A program made the translations under genes and the position numbers. Below the pieces are notes generated by a model. That model had not been told where the DNA came from, searched no databases, and saw only the letters and a program-made list of their open reading frames with translations. From Octopus sinensis (lineage: Eukaryota): 64,000 nt of DNA. The DNA is taken from contig NC_042997.1 in assembly GCF_006345805.1 (NCBI RefSeq), positions 210,862,001 to 210,926,000 of the forward strand, read 5' to 3'. Numbering within the stretch: position 1 is the stretch's first letter; each line of letters opens with the position of its first letter. This document shows positions 11,563-25,324 of the stretch, in pieces.

Positions 11563-14445
11563 ATGCCGGATCCTAGGTCCTACCTCCTCACTCTCCATCA
11601 CCGTTTGAAGGATCATCTACGTTCGCTTCCTGTATATTGCCTTCAGCCGTCCGTTAATCTCTCTCTACTTCTTTTTAAAAAAACCCGCTTCTCTAGCCAT
11701 GTCTCTTTCCTAAGCCGCTGCTACATCACCGACTCATCCCTAAAGGTTCCCGCCTCCACTTCCACCCTGCTCTCCACTCGGATTCTTCCATCTTACCCAT
11801 ACTCCGCACCACATCTTACCGCCTTATGCGGGCCACCATTCGCTCCAATCTCTCCAAACTACATGCCATCAACCGCCTTCTCCTCCTGCTTTCTCCACCT
11901 TCTTCTCCTCTCTGCCGCCTCTCTATGCTCCAAACACGCTACGCTTTCATTATCCATTTGAATCAACTCTTCCATCAATTTCTTTCTGATACCAAACTTC
12001 GTAAACTCCAATCACTCTTCCATTCCACCCTACCCGACGCCACTACACCCCAACTCCTCCACCACCCTTCTCCCCTCCCGATAGGCTCCATCCACCCACA
12101 CCTAACCCCACTGCCCCTCCCTACAACCCCTTCTCCCCTCCCGTTAGGCTCCATCCACCTACACCTAACCCTACTGCCCCGCCCAACCACCCCCCACACA
12201 CCTCTCCAATCCCTCCCCCTCAGACCTCCACGAGACCTACCACCCTCCTACTTCTATTCCATCCACCCCTCTCCACTTCGTCTGTTGTTACCATTCCCCC
12301 CGATCTTCCCCTCTCTGCGGCTGAACGCTCCGTCCTTGGTAGGGGTCTGCGTTTCATCCCCCTCACTCCATTCTGTAAGGAATTCCAGACGCGAGTTGAT
12401 GTCCACAGCTTTGTGCGCCGTGTCCGGTTGGGTGCGCATTACCACGACTCGCCACCCACACCCAACGAAGAGGACGACTGCTTCACTGGCCTGGGCCGCC
12501 GACCATCCCCGTGGAAGCCTGCCCCTGGCCAGATCCTAGCAGTGGATCTTTTCGCGGGCGCTTGTCAGCGTGCATTGGAGCGGTTCAACTTCTCCAGGCG
12601 CCAACGCCGCCTCAACATCTCCCCGGCTGAACTCTTGGCTCTTCGTTCCCTCCAACGGCGCGCTGACATTATCATCAAACCGGCTGACAAGGGTGGAGCT
12701 GTAGTGGTGTGGGCGCGCGGACCTCTATAGGGCCGAGGCTTTCCGCCAACTCAATGACACCTCCTTCTATTCCCCTCTGCCCTCTAACCCCACACGTAGC
12801 TACCAACAGACGGTATCCTCTACTGTCCAAGACCTCATCTCGTCCTCCCCCGTCTCCCCCGCACCGCATCCAACCTAATTGTGCGAACCCCACGTACCCC
12901 CACCATTTACTTCCTCCCCAAAATCCACAAACCCAACAACCCTGGCCGCCCCATCGTCTCCGCCTGTAACTGCCCCACGGAGCTCATCTCTAAATACCTC
13001 GACCGTGTCCTTGCCCCCCTAGTGGCATCTCTTCCCTCCACATCCACGATACCAACCATGCTCTCGGCTTTTCAACTCTTTCTCCTTTCCTCCCGGCTCC
13101 TCCAAAATCCTTTTTACTATGGACATCCAAAGCCTCTATACTGTTATCCCTCACCACGAAGGACTGCAGGCCCTTCGACACTTTCTTGACCTCCGCTCTA
13201 ACCCTGTACCTGACACCTCCACACTCATTCGTCTGGCCGAACTTGTCCTTACTCTGAACTGCTTCTCGTTCGCGGGCGAGTTCTACCATCAGGTCTCGGG
13301 AGTGGCCATGGGAACGCGAATGGGCCCCAACTATGCGAACCTGTTCGTTGGCTATGTTGAGGCCCAAATATTCTCTAATTTCACTGGTCCCAATCCTGAA
13401 CTATATGGTCGTTATATTGACGACAATCGGTGCCACCTCACTCTCCCGCGAACATCTAGATTCCTTCCTCTCTTTCGTCCAATCTTCCATCCAGCCCTCC
13501 ACTTCACTTCCACTATCTCCAACACCTCTGTCTCCTTCCTCGACATTTCGGTTAGCATTCTTCACTCCACTCTTACCACCTCCATTCACTACAAACACAC
13601 AGACTCACACTCATACCTCAACTTTTCTTCCTCCCACCCAGAACACACCAAGCTTTCCATCCCCTATTCCAAATTCCTCCGTCTACGTAGGTTCTGTAGT
13701 GACGACCATGACTTTGAGACTAGGTCTCAACGTATGGCTCACCACTTCACCCTACGTGGATACCCCCTCACCACTATCCACACCGCCCTTGCCAGAGCAC
13801 GGTCCGTGGACCGTGTATCTGCTCTCTCTCCCCGAACCCGCCCTGTAGTCTCCCGCCTCCTTTTCCCCTCACTTACCACCCACGACCCTACGTCTCCAAC
13901 GCACCATTCTACGAGCTTTCCGTCATCTCCAGTCCGACCCGTCCACTTCACACCTCTTCCCTAACCGACCCTCCCCTCTTTCAAACGAGCCCGCAACCTT
14001 CGAGACCTTTTGGTCCATAGCTCCTTCCCTGACCCTACCTCCCAACCCGGCTCGTTCCCCTGCTCCCGCCCACGTTGCCGCACTTGCCCTTACCTCTCCA
14101 ACAACACCCGCCTCACTAGCACCCACCATCGACCCTATCCCATCATCCACTCCTTCACCTGCACCTCCAGCAATATTATCTATTGCATCTCTTGCTCTCT
14201 CTGCAATTCCTTGTACATCGGACAAACGGGACGCCGCTTGGCTGACCGGTTCGCGGAACACCTTCGTGACATCCACCTTGCGAACGACACACCGGTCTCA
14301 CGCCATTTCCGCTCCACCGGTCACTCCTTGCAACACCTATCTGTGTTCGGTTTGTCCTTACACAGAGGCCATCCGGATTCCCGTTTGCGCCGTGAACAGG
14401 AATTAATTCTCTCTTCGCTCTTATACGCCATTTGGTCTCAACTCT
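11563..14445 (+). pseudogene. Frameshifted PLE polyprotein (N-terminal domain, RT, thumb, GIY-YIG)
   Basis: Collinear motifs across frames: [102 protein letters not shown]...YIGQTGRRLADRFAEH, PFGLN. Confidence 0.93.
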
Positions 14446-14859
14446 CCCCCCCCTCATCATCTAACCTCCCCCCTCCTCACCTATCCTTTCTCCCCCCGAC
14501 CCCTACTTCTTCAGTCCTTCATCCTTTCACCCCTACTCCCCTTCCCTTCTTCCCTCTTTCTCCCTCCCTCTTTCCCCTCCCTCCTGCTCCCTCACTCCCT
14601 CTCTCCCCTCCTCTCCCCCCTCTCCCCCTCTCCCCTTCTCTCCTCCTCTCTCCCTCACTCCCTCTCTCCCCTTCTCTCTCCCCCTCTCCCTTTTCCTCCT
14701 TCATCCCCCTCATCCCTTTCCTTCTCCCCCCATCCTCTCCTCTCCCCCCTTTTCTCCTCCCCTCTTCTTCCCTCCCCCCCCTTCTCTCTCCCCCCTCTTC
14801 TCCCCCTCCCCCTCTTCTCCTCACTACACCACATGACTTTACACATCACATCACATATG

Positions 14860-15300
14860 ATGTACCATACTAATACACACACCAACTAATACATACTAAT
14901 ACGTACTAATACATACTAGTACATACTAATACTTACACCAACCCTATACATACACACGTCCAGACCCCGCATACGCACTTATACTCTCTCACACACACAC
15001 ACACCTATACATACCAATACGTACTAATACATACTAATACATACTAATACATACACCAACCCCATATATACGCACGTCCAGACCAATCTTACGCACTAAT
15101 ACTCTCTCATACACACCACACACACCTATACATACCAATACGTACTAATACATACTAATACATACTAATACATACACCAACCCCATATATACGCACGTCC
15201 AGACCAATCTTACGCACTAATACTCTCTCATACACACACACACACACACACACACACCCTTATACATACTAATACATACACCAACCCTATACATACACAC
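14860..15300 (+). repeat. ~120-bp tandem repeat (about 3.5 units) in the PLE 3' UTR
   Basis: CACGTCCAGACC...TACTCTCTCA...CATACTAATA recurs at ~120-bp spacing. Confidence 0.85.
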
Positions 15301-15494
15301 ATCCAGACCCCTCCCACGCACTTTTAGCTGGTCCCTCAACCCTTTTATCAACCCTATTATCTCCCCTTATTTCGCTCTCGCGTCTCATGTTTGATCTTTG
15401 ACCTCTGGCCGAAATCAGATCGCCATGTTGATTCGTTAGCTACTGCACGCATTTTTTTTCTCTCCTTCTTTCTGTGTTTTTCTCTCTCTGTGTA

Positions 15495-15532
15495 TCTTTC
15501 TGTTGAAGAGCGTAGGCTCGAAACGTTAAAGA
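15495..15532 (+). ncRNA. Hammerhead motif with CUGUUGA core in the Neptune 3' end
   Basis: TCTTT-CTGTTGA-A-GAGC(GTAG)GCTC-GAAAC-GTT-AAAGA: 5-bp stem I, 4-bp stem II, U at position 6. Confidence 0.65.
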
Positions 15533-15628
15533 CTTGTTTTATTTATATTTCCTGAGCGCCATACTAATACAATTGTTCGTTTGTTTCCACCTGCCTTCGT
15601 CTTTTGTTTATTTTCATAAAGCTTCCCG

Positions 15629-15664
<36 letters not shown>

Positions 15665-15933
15665 CTTATCAAAAAATGCATGCTACCTTAATCTCACAAT
15701 ACATTTAAGACCTTCTGCATTCGTAAAGTCTACATACGCACATACTCACACAAACATGTATGTGTGTGTCTGTATATATATAAATATATATATATGTATA
15801 TATATATGTATGTATATGCATGCATGTATGTATATATACTGGAATAAGCACATAAATGTGAAACAAGGTGGAAAAAAGAGTACTCAAATACCAGAGGTAG
15901 AGTAATATGCTTTATTTAAAGCAGCAGAAATAT

Positions 15934-15986
15934 AACAAAAGCTGCGACTCGGAGTTTCACTTTCCCGTTCGTCGGACAGTTTTGTT
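15934..15986 (-). ncRNA. Hammerhead motif with GUC site and extended stem I
   Basis: Minus strand AACAAAA-CTGT-CCGACGA-AC(GGGAAA)GT-GAAACTC(C)GAGTC-GCAG-C-TTTTGTT. Confidence 0.7.
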
Positions 15987-16084
15987 AAAGCATATATATA
16001 TGCCCATACATGCACAAAACATATACGTGCATTTATGTGCTCATATACACATCTCTACACGCGCATACGCATATACATACTTAC

Positions 16085-16117
<33 letters not shown>

Positions 16118-16279
16118 TAAAGGGAGAACAACCTTCCTACAGTAAGCGAGAAGTGTCAGATCTTCGATGATTTCGGATTGTATTAATCCTCATCGATGAC
16201 AACTACTCCGTTGCCCTGTCATTTTATAGAAAATACCATAGAAATCATTGGCTATTTATGGTTACGGCGACGAAGGTTC

Positions 16280-16617
16280 CAGATGATCCGATCAAGGGTA
16301 CGGCCTGCTGGTGAAATTAATGTAGAAGTGGCTGAGCACTCTACAGACACAAGTACCCTTAACGTAGTTCTCAGGGAGATTCAGTGTGACAAGGCTGGCC
16401 CCTTTGAAACACAGGTACAACAGAAACAAGAAGTAAGAGTGAGAGAAAGTTGTGGTGAAAGAGTACAGCAGAGTTCACCACCAACCTACAGCCGGAGCCT
16501 CGTGGAACTTTAGGTGTTTTCGCCCAGTAAAGACTCACAACACCCTGTCTGAGAATCGAAACTGCGAACCTACGACCGCGAGTCTTCCGCCCTTACCACT
16601 GGGTCATTGCACCTCCA
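16280..16617 (-). mobile_element. SINE family C, diverged
   Basis: Aligns with the 4183-4564 copy. Confidence 0.85.
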
Positions 16618-16665
16618 CACACACACACACGCACACATGTGTGTGTATATATATGTGTAATATAT

Positions 16666-16697
<32 letters not shown>

Positions 16698-16914
16698 CAA
16701 GGAGTGAAAATGTACTGTCAACGATTTCTTTAGCTTACGCATGTTTCAATTAGCACAATGCAGCCGCTGCAAATTACAGATTGCTTATTAAACGATACTT
16801 CATTTGTCGATCGATTAATTAGCCAGTGCAACAGAGCCGCTTACTACCAAACTATTCTTCTGAAAAGATGATTAGTAACTTCCACTACAAAATTAACGTA
16901 GTTTACATTTATGT

Positions 16915-17035
16915 ATGTCGAAGAGCGTAGGCTCGAAACGTAAAAGACTTTCTCACTCCCCGAGCATTAAACTAATACATCTGTTTGTTGTTTACACACC
17001 CGTCTTCGTCTTTTGTTTTTTTATAAATCTCACCA
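16915..17035 (+). mobile_element. Short PLE tail beginning inside an HHR core
   Basis: ATGTCGAAGAGCGTAGGCTCGAAACGTAAAAGAC plus ~90 bp related to 15500-15630, ending in (TA)n. Confidence 0.7.
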
Positions 17036-17679
17036 TATATATATATAATTAAGAAAGTTGGAGTCAACAAGAGGGGGTAGCTTGGACATTTATTTTTTAC
17101 TCACTACAATTGTTTCCACGCTACGTAGTTCTTCAGGTGTGTAAGTACGTGAATGTTGACGAGCTTTGTACTGTTCTCTACTACATTCTTAAAGAATATA
17201 CCATAACTATATATATGTGTGTGTGTATGAATGTATGTATGTATGTATGTATGTATGTATGTATGTATGTATGTATGTATGTATGTATGTATGTATGTAT
17301 GTATGTATGTGTGTGTAAGTGGTTTAAGTTCCTTAAGACGACAAAAGCTCTTGATAAAACAACTTTCTCAACTTTCTGAAGAACTATTATTGTTGGAGAA
17401 TCGCCAAGAGAGAGATTACTTTGACCTCTTTTGCAGACAAATATGAGTATCCTGTCACGTGATTTTATTTATCTACAGCTAATAATTTTTGCTCTAGAAA
17501 TTCCTTCGATTACTTTCCGAAGGGCTCGCTATCCGTATCTAGAACCTTTTACATGTTTTCGAAACTAATAAAGCAGCACCATTTTCTTTACTGTGTACAT
17601 TCTTCCGACCATTAGATTACATATAATTGTGTTTTAGTTTCAGATATTTCGGTTAGTGTCGCGTGGGGTAGTTTTAGAA

Positions 17680-17706
17680 AATGTGTGTGTCTATGTATAC
17701 GTATAC

Positions 17707-17737
<31 letters not shown>

Positions 17738-17978
17738 TATGCATACTTACATACATACACGCATACGTGCATACCTGCATACACACATACATGCATATAT
17801 ATATATACATATATATATAGGTGTATGTATGTATATGTATGTATATGTATGTATGTATATATGTATATATATGTATACATATATGTATGTATATATATAT
17901 ATATGTATGTATGTATATATGTATATATATATATTATATATATGTATATATATGTATATATATGTATGTATATATATA

Positions 17979-18018
<40 letters not shown>

Positions 18019-18340
18019 TATATATATATGTATATATATGTATATATATATGTATGTATATACATATGTATGTATATATATATGTATGTATATATATATA
18101 TATATATATACATACGTATGTATATATATGTATGTATGTATATATATATATATATATGTATATATATGTGTGTATATATATGTATATATATGTATATATA
18201 TATATATGTATATATATGTATATATATATATGTATATATATATGTATATATATGTATATATATATATGTATATATATATGTATGTATATATATATACATA
18301 CCTATATACATATGTACAGATGTGTGTGTGTGAGTGTGAA
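17680..18340. repeat. (TA)n/(TATG)n microsatellite
   Basis: Direct reading of the sequence. Confidence 0.97.
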
Positions 18341-18561
18341 CTTTACTTTGCACATGTTATTCCTCAAATTAAAACGCATTCAAAATTAGTATGCCATGTA
18401 AATTTATTTTTACCATTTTTATCATTTTGATAGATCGCTTTTCTGTCTTTTCTTTTCATTCTTCATTACACTTAGTTCCATTTTTCTTTTTTATCGAAAA
18501 AGAGAAACTATTCCAACAAAACTTACAACTTCTCAGAAAGATCTTTCCTTCACGCTAATCA

Positions 18562-18564
18562 TTA

Positions 18565-18660
<96 letters not shown>

Positions 18661-18726
18661 TATTATTATTATTATTATAATTATTATCATCATCATCATC
18701 CTCATCATTATTATTATTATTATTAC

Positions 18727-18777
<51 letters not shown>

Positions 18778-18918
18778 TATTATTATTATTACCATTATTA
18801 TTATTATTATTACCATTATTATTATTATTATTATTACCATTATTATTATTACCATTATTATTATCATTATTATTATTATTACCATTATTATTATTATTAT
18901 TATTACCATTATTATTAC

Positions 18919-18963
<45 letters not shown>

Positions 18964-19266
18964 TATTATTATTATTACCATTATTATTATTATTATTATT
19001 ACCATTATTATTATTATTATCATTATTATTATTATTACCATTATTATTATTATTATTACCATTATTATTACCATTATTATTATTATTATTATTATTACCA
19101 GTATTATTACCATTATTATTATTATTATTATTACCATTATTATTATTATTATCATTATTATTATTATTACCATTATTATTATTATTATCATTATTATTAT
19201 TATTACCATTATTATTATTATTATTATTACCAGTATTATTACCATTATTATTATTATTATTATTAC

Positions 19267-19308
<42 letters not shown>

Positions 19309-19338
19309 TATTATTATTACCATTATTATTATTATACC

Positions 19339-19370
<32 letters not shown>

Positions 19371-19630
19371 TATTATTATTACCATTATTATATTATTACC
19401 ATATTATTATTATTACCATTATTATTATTATTATTATTACCATTATTATTATTATTACCATTATTATTATTATTACCATTATTATATTATTATTATTATT
19501 ACCATTATTATTTATTATTACCATTATTATTATTATTACCATTATTATTATTTTTACCATTATTAATATTATTATTATTATTACCATTATTATTATTACC
19601 ATTATTATTATTACCATTATTATTATTACC

Positions 19631-19662
<32 letters not shown>

Positions 19663-19992
19663 TATTATTATTATTACCATTATTATTATTATTACCATTA
19701 TTAATATTATTATTATTATTACCATTATTATTATTACCATTATTATTATTACCATTATTATTATTACCATTATTATTATTATTATTATTACCATTATTAT
19801 TATTATTACCATTATTATTATTATTACCATTATTAATATTATTATTATTATTACCATTATTATTATTTATTATTACCATTATTATTATTATTACCATTAT
19901 TAATATTATTATTATTATTACCATTATTATTATTACCATTATTATTATTACCATTATTATTACCATTATTATTATTATTATTATTATTATAT
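18562..19992. repeat. 1.4-kb (ATT)n array with periodic ACC interruptions
   Basis: Direct reading of the sequence. Confidence 0.97.
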
Positions 19993-20491
19993 TCTATAAT
20001 TTTCTAAGATATCACTTTACTTTAGTTTGCAAACAAAAACTAAACAACAAAAACTTGGCATATCAGTAAATCCCTCTGACATTTCGCCTACACGATTCCA
20101 CCATTTTTTTTTTTCTCTTTCCATTTGTCCTCCAACACAAACACGCTCAAATTTAATACGGTGTTTATATTCAGTCTTTATTTTTCCCCTTCACATCATT
20201 ACATTTTACAACTTCTATCAACGCTCTCCTTCTTGCTCTCCTTCTCCTTCCTTAGTTTCTGCAGCTTAAATGATATTTACGTGTTTTGTCTATGAAATTT
20301 TTCAGACTCAACGCTTGCAACGTCTCCGGGCGTTTCCACTTTTCTTTCTACTTCATACTCCATTAATGATAAAACTGAAGAGAGATTATTAAGTTATCGT
20401 TGTTTCATCCAGGTCAGCCATCCCTGATAAAGAACACATATAATACAGGGGGTTCTAGCCATTGCAGTCCCCTCTTTTATTCCCTTCTATG

Positions 20492-20567
<76 letters not shown>

Positions 20568-20826
20568 GGACTAGATAACAACAGATGCATAATGTGTCAA
20601 TTCCCTACAGCTGTTTCCAACTACTTTTCAATTTATTAATAGAGACATTGCGTCATTAGAAAAGACGTTTTTATCAGGTGAATACATAAACCATAACATT
20701 TAAAAACATTCAAACTACAACAGGATGTGCATCTTCATCATTCTACGACTCTTGCTGGTCAGAGAATTCACCTGAATCCGGATCTATTCTATCTATGTGT
20801 GTGTGTGTGTGTGCACGCGTGCGCTT

Positions 20827-20863
<37 letters not shown>

Positions 20864-20864
20864 G

Positions 20865-20975
20865 TACTCGAATTCCGAAGGTAGAGTAATAGGCTTTTTT
20901 TTTATTAAAGCTGCAAAAACATCACAAAAGAACTGATACTCAGAGTTTCACGTTCCCGTTCGTTGGACGACTGTA
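20865..20975 (-). mobile_element. PLE tail with degenerate HHR (family of 15934-15986)
   Basis: Minus strand CCAACGA-ACG(GGAA)CGT-GAAACTC(T)GAGTA; downstream sequence matches ~15880-15930. Confidence 0.65.
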
Positions 20976-21249
20976 ATCAAAACTATTAGAAAATTTTCTC
21001 ACAGTCTTCATTACAACTGTCCAGCTAACGGGTCGTGAAACTGTGAAGGTTTTTTTGTGATGCTTTTGCAGCTTTGATAAAAAAAAAAGTGTATGTAAAT
21101 GTATATGTGCGTGTGTGTGTATGTGTGCGTGTGGATGATTCAAATTCGTTGATACTCTTCAGTTTCAAGCGCGATGCTAGTCGTCAGCCATTTTGAATTT
21201 GAAATTGAAAATGGCAGACGACTAGCATCGTGCTATCTCAAAAGTGTTG

Positions 21250-24090
21250 ACCCCCTCCTCAATCTACTTCCTCCATCTGTGGCGATGACAGGCATTGTTC
21301 TCCCAGTCAGTCTCCTGCATATCATAGGCCTTCAATGAGGACTTGGCACAGTCCTTAAATCGCAGACTTGGTTTCTGCCGGGGTCTCTTTCCACTAACAA
21401 GTTCCCCATATAGCATGACATTATTTAATTATAGATACAAAGAGGTCCTGACATCCAAGTTTGCCAAGTATTTTCCACAGCAAGGCCCTATTCACAATAT
21501 CAAAGGCTTTCGTTAAATCAATGAATACCTGAGCAAATTCCATATTCTGCTCATAGCACTTCTGCATCTGTCGTGCTGTGAAAATCATATCCATTGTCCC
21601 TCTACCAGATCAGAAGCCACATTGAGATTCAGATAGGACATCATTTACGAGACACCCATTCAGACGGGTAAGAAGAATATTTGCCAGAACCTTGCCAGCA
21701 GCTGATAGTAGAGCAATACCTCTGTAGTTACCACACATTGTTCTGGCTCCTTTCCACAGGAGTGGCTGTGTGGTAAGTAGCTTGCTTACCAACCACATGG
21801 TTCCGGGTTCAGTCCCACTGCGTGGCATCTTGGGCAAGTGTCTTCTGCTATAGCCCCGGGCCGACCAATGCCTTGTGAGTGGATTTGGTAGACGGAAACT
21901 GAAAGAAGCCTGTCGCATATATGTATATATATGTGTGTGTGTGTATATGTTTGTGTGTCTGTGTTTGTCCCCTTAGCATTGCTTGACAACCGATACTGGT
22001 GTGTTTACGTCCCCGTCACTTAGCGGTTCGGCAAAAGAGACCGATAGAATAAGTGCTGGGCTTACAAAGAATAAGTCCCGGGGTCGATTTGTTCGACTAA
22101 AGGCGGTGCTCCAGCATGGCCGCAGTCAAATGACTGAAACAAGTAAAAGAGTAAAGAGAGAGTATATAGAGGAAGAATAATTGCATCCTTCCAGTCCTTA
22201 GGGATTGCACCATCCCTCCAGACTGCACTAATAAGTTCATGATGTAATCACCACCAAATCGCAAGACCTCAGCACAAATTCCATCCTTTCCAGGTGCCCT
22301 ACCAAGATTCAGTTTACTTATTGATGCCATTACTTCAACTATTGAGGGTGTGGAATTTAAGGAGCCAATGATGGGTCTTTCTTTCATAGTATCAATCACT
22401 GTTTCATCCACAACTGAGTCATGGTTTAGGAGTTCAGAGAAGTGTTCGATCCAGCGACATGTGATTTCTGTTGATTTAGTAAACAGAGTGAAAAACTCCT
22501 TGGAAAGCAAAGGGGCGGATGTGGAGCTCTTAGGCCCATAAACATGCTTCATAAAATGGTAAAGCTTCTTGCTGTCATTTGCATCAGCAGCAGCGTGAAC
22601 ATCACGAGCAAGATCCTCCCACCAAGTTTTCTGCATCTTCCTGAGAGATTGCTGTCAGTGATTTTACACTGCTAGAGTGGGCAAGTGCTAGATTTCGCTG
22701 CACATCTGGAAGTCCTCTGCGTAACAATACATTGTGGGCATGGCGCTTTACCACCAATAGTCACTGAACTTCAGCATCATTTTCATCAAACCAGTTTCTG
22801 TTTCTGGCAGTAGCATATCCCAGCATTTCAGCAGCATATTGAAGAACCTGATCTCGAAAAGCTTCCCATGCTGCAGTATTTTCGATGCTGGACAAGCGAG
22901 TCTGAAGCTCTTTCTTGAACACAGCATCATATATCTTGTGGACATTCAGACGCCAAGGAATGCTGAATGGCCCTCTTCTCGCTTTCACTCGATTCATCAT
23001 CCGGAACTGTGCTCGCACCAGACTGTGGTCTGTCCAGCACTCTGATCTATGAACGGACCTGGCATTACAAATGTCATTGATGTCACGCTTGCGGATGATG
23101 AAATAATCCTGCCGGTGCCAAACTTTAGACCTTGGATGCATCCATGTTGTTGTGTGATCTCCTTTGTGCATAAACGGAGTGCTTGCGATGTAAAGTCCAT
23201 GTTTATCACAAAGCTCCAGCAGCATGAGACCATTGCTATTCATTTTCCCTACTCCAAAATGTTCTAGAGAGTTCTATGTTTGCCAGTCTGTTCTGTTCCA
23301 ACCCTAGCATTGAAATCTCCCAATAGAATGACTTTATCAGAATTGGGGATTTTCCTAAGTATGGCTCCCAGCTGTGTATAAAGAAGTAGCTTCGTCTTCA
23401 CCATAACTAGTCAAGGTAAGTGCTTAGGCACTTATTAGAGTAGCAAACTACCCACCTTTCAGGTGCAATCTTAGAGTCATTCGACATTCATTTATAGGAA
23501 CAGGAAGCTCCTCCAACTTCTTCAGGATATCAGATCGAACTGCAAAGCCAACACCAGCCTCTCTGTGCTTCCCCATCTGCTTCCCCTTCCCAGAAAAGGT
23601 GTCTCCACTTCCTACTTCCTCAAGCTGACCATCACCTTCTATGAGTCTCTGAGAGTGCAGCTATATCAATTTTATAACGGTTCAGCTCACGAGCAACAAG
23701 TGCAGTGCATCTTTTTAGGCCTGCAATCACTCTTGTTATCCAACAGAGTGCGCGCATTCCAACATGAAATGTTCAAGTTCCATCCAGATTTTGTAAATAA
23801 TAATTTCTTTGTTTTTCGAGTGCAGGGTGGACATCCATCAATCGTGCTAAACTGACCAGATATAGAAAGACAGACAATTTTTGGTTCACCTTTTCTAGAA
23901 CCTCCCCGGCCTCCAGGTGAGTGGTGCCGTCTCCACATGGAGCTGCTCAGACACCTGTGCAGCAACCAAATCCTACCACAGTCTTGGGTGACAAGGAGAC
24001 GACTTTATATGTAGCATGGGCCGCCTACATGCTTTCAACCCGTCAGGACTGCTTGCTTCACCACCTTCCCATCGCCGCAGGACTTCCGAA
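21250..24090 (-). mobile_element. RTE LINE, 5' end present, RT internally deleted
   Basis: APE motifs ISCWNARTLLD, TWMHPRSKVWH, CWTDH; RT motifs NYRGIALLSAAGKVL, SESQCGF, FIDLTKAFD; jumps near 21420 to the C-terminal MLYGELVSGKR. Confidence 0.92.
21759..22160 (+). mobile_element. SINE family A inserted in the RTE ORF
   Basis: Interrupts the RTE between DAIILPLY and KGARTMCGNYRG. Confidence 0.92.
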
Positions 24091-24209
24091 TGAAATAAAA
24101 TAAATATCTTTTAAAAATAAATAAAAAATATGCTAAAGGTAAATATACATATATGCTGAAAATAAAATAAACATATATAGGGGGGGGGTGAAGCAGCACA
24201 CATCGAGCA

Positions 24210-24765
24210 GAGGTCAGCAATGCCTGACCACAGGTGTAGGTCTAATAAGGCTTGCACGATATCTCATAGACCCTCTCCACTTCATTGACATTATCCAGAG
24301 ACAAATCAAAGTGAGATGTCTGGTGCCAATATGAGTCATAGGCTCAGGGATGTGGGAACGCCATGATCTCTAGCACAAACCAAAGATCCCCAAAATTTCC
24401 ACTGCCGTTCCCTGCATATCTGGTTTTATATCAGAGTGACCTTCTCCTAGAGACATGCTTCAACAGAAGTTGAGGGGTGTCTCACTCCTCCTCAGCTTTC
24501 AGCAGAGAGGTCTTTCAGCACACCAGACACCATTCCGGAATTTCTGCGTACCAATGCTACTGTTAGATAGCTGTGGAGCCAGCACTAGGTTCATCTGACC
24601 TTTCAATAGGTCTTGTTTTTAATCCTGCTGGGTTTCTAACAACCCTCCTCACTAGGGTAGCCCGGTCGGCGTGCCGGTTTAGTCGCCGACAACCCGACCA
24701 TGCAACAGGTTGTACTGGATTCCATGTTACCAGTAGCACTTGTGAGAGCCTCGTAAGTGTCCTGA
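24210..24765 (-). mobile_element. Probable RTE-type 5' UTR fragment
   Basis: Minus strand CTAGGAGAAGGTCACTCTGATATAAAACC resembles RTE 5' UTR motifs (from recall, not alignment). Confidence 0.45.
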
Positions 24766-25105
24766 CATACATACATACATACATACATACATACATACAT
24801 ACATACATTACATACATACATACATACATTACATACATACATACATACTTACATACATACATACATACATACATGCATACATAGATGCATGCATGCATAC
24901 ATAGATGCATGCATGCATACATACATGCATACATACATACATACATGCATGCATGCATACATAGATGCATGCATGTATACATGCATGCATGCATGCATAC
25001 ATGCATGCATACATACATGCATACATACATACATACACACATACATACACACATACATACATACATGCATGCATGCATGCATACATGCATGCATACATAC
25101 ATACA

Positions 25106-25139
<34 letters not shown>

Positions 25140-25190
25140 CACACACACATACATACACACACACATACATACATACATACATACATACAT
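24765..25190. repeat. (CATA)n/(CATG)n microsatellite
   Basis: Direct reading of the sequence. Confidence 0.95.
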
Positions 25191-25324
25191 AACCTGTTGT
25201 TGATGTTGAAATTCCAATGAAGGAGCCTTGAATTTTGGTTAGAAAATGGCTCTTTCTCTATTGGCAAGAAATCGTGAAATAAAACTGAATAACAACGTAC
25301 ATACATGCATACATACATATATCT

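Larger units (their letters stand above)
10980..15630 (+). mobile_element. Near full-length Penelope-like retroelement, Neptune-type
   Basis: RT and C-terminal GIY-YIG with a CxxxRCxTC linker, pyrimidine-rich 3' UTR, HHR, and (TA)n flanks. Confidence 0.92.

Noticed and set aside
23940-24090. HDV-like ribozyme at the RTE 5' end
   Set aside because: An L3-like TCCTTGT is present, but P3 is mismatched and no P2 was found by eye; a covariance search would be needed.
24625-24700. HDV-like ribozyme on the plus strand (ACCC-TCCTCACTA-GGGT with P1- and P4-like helices)
   Set aside because: No P2 complement and no GG for P1.1, and it is probably antisense to the element.
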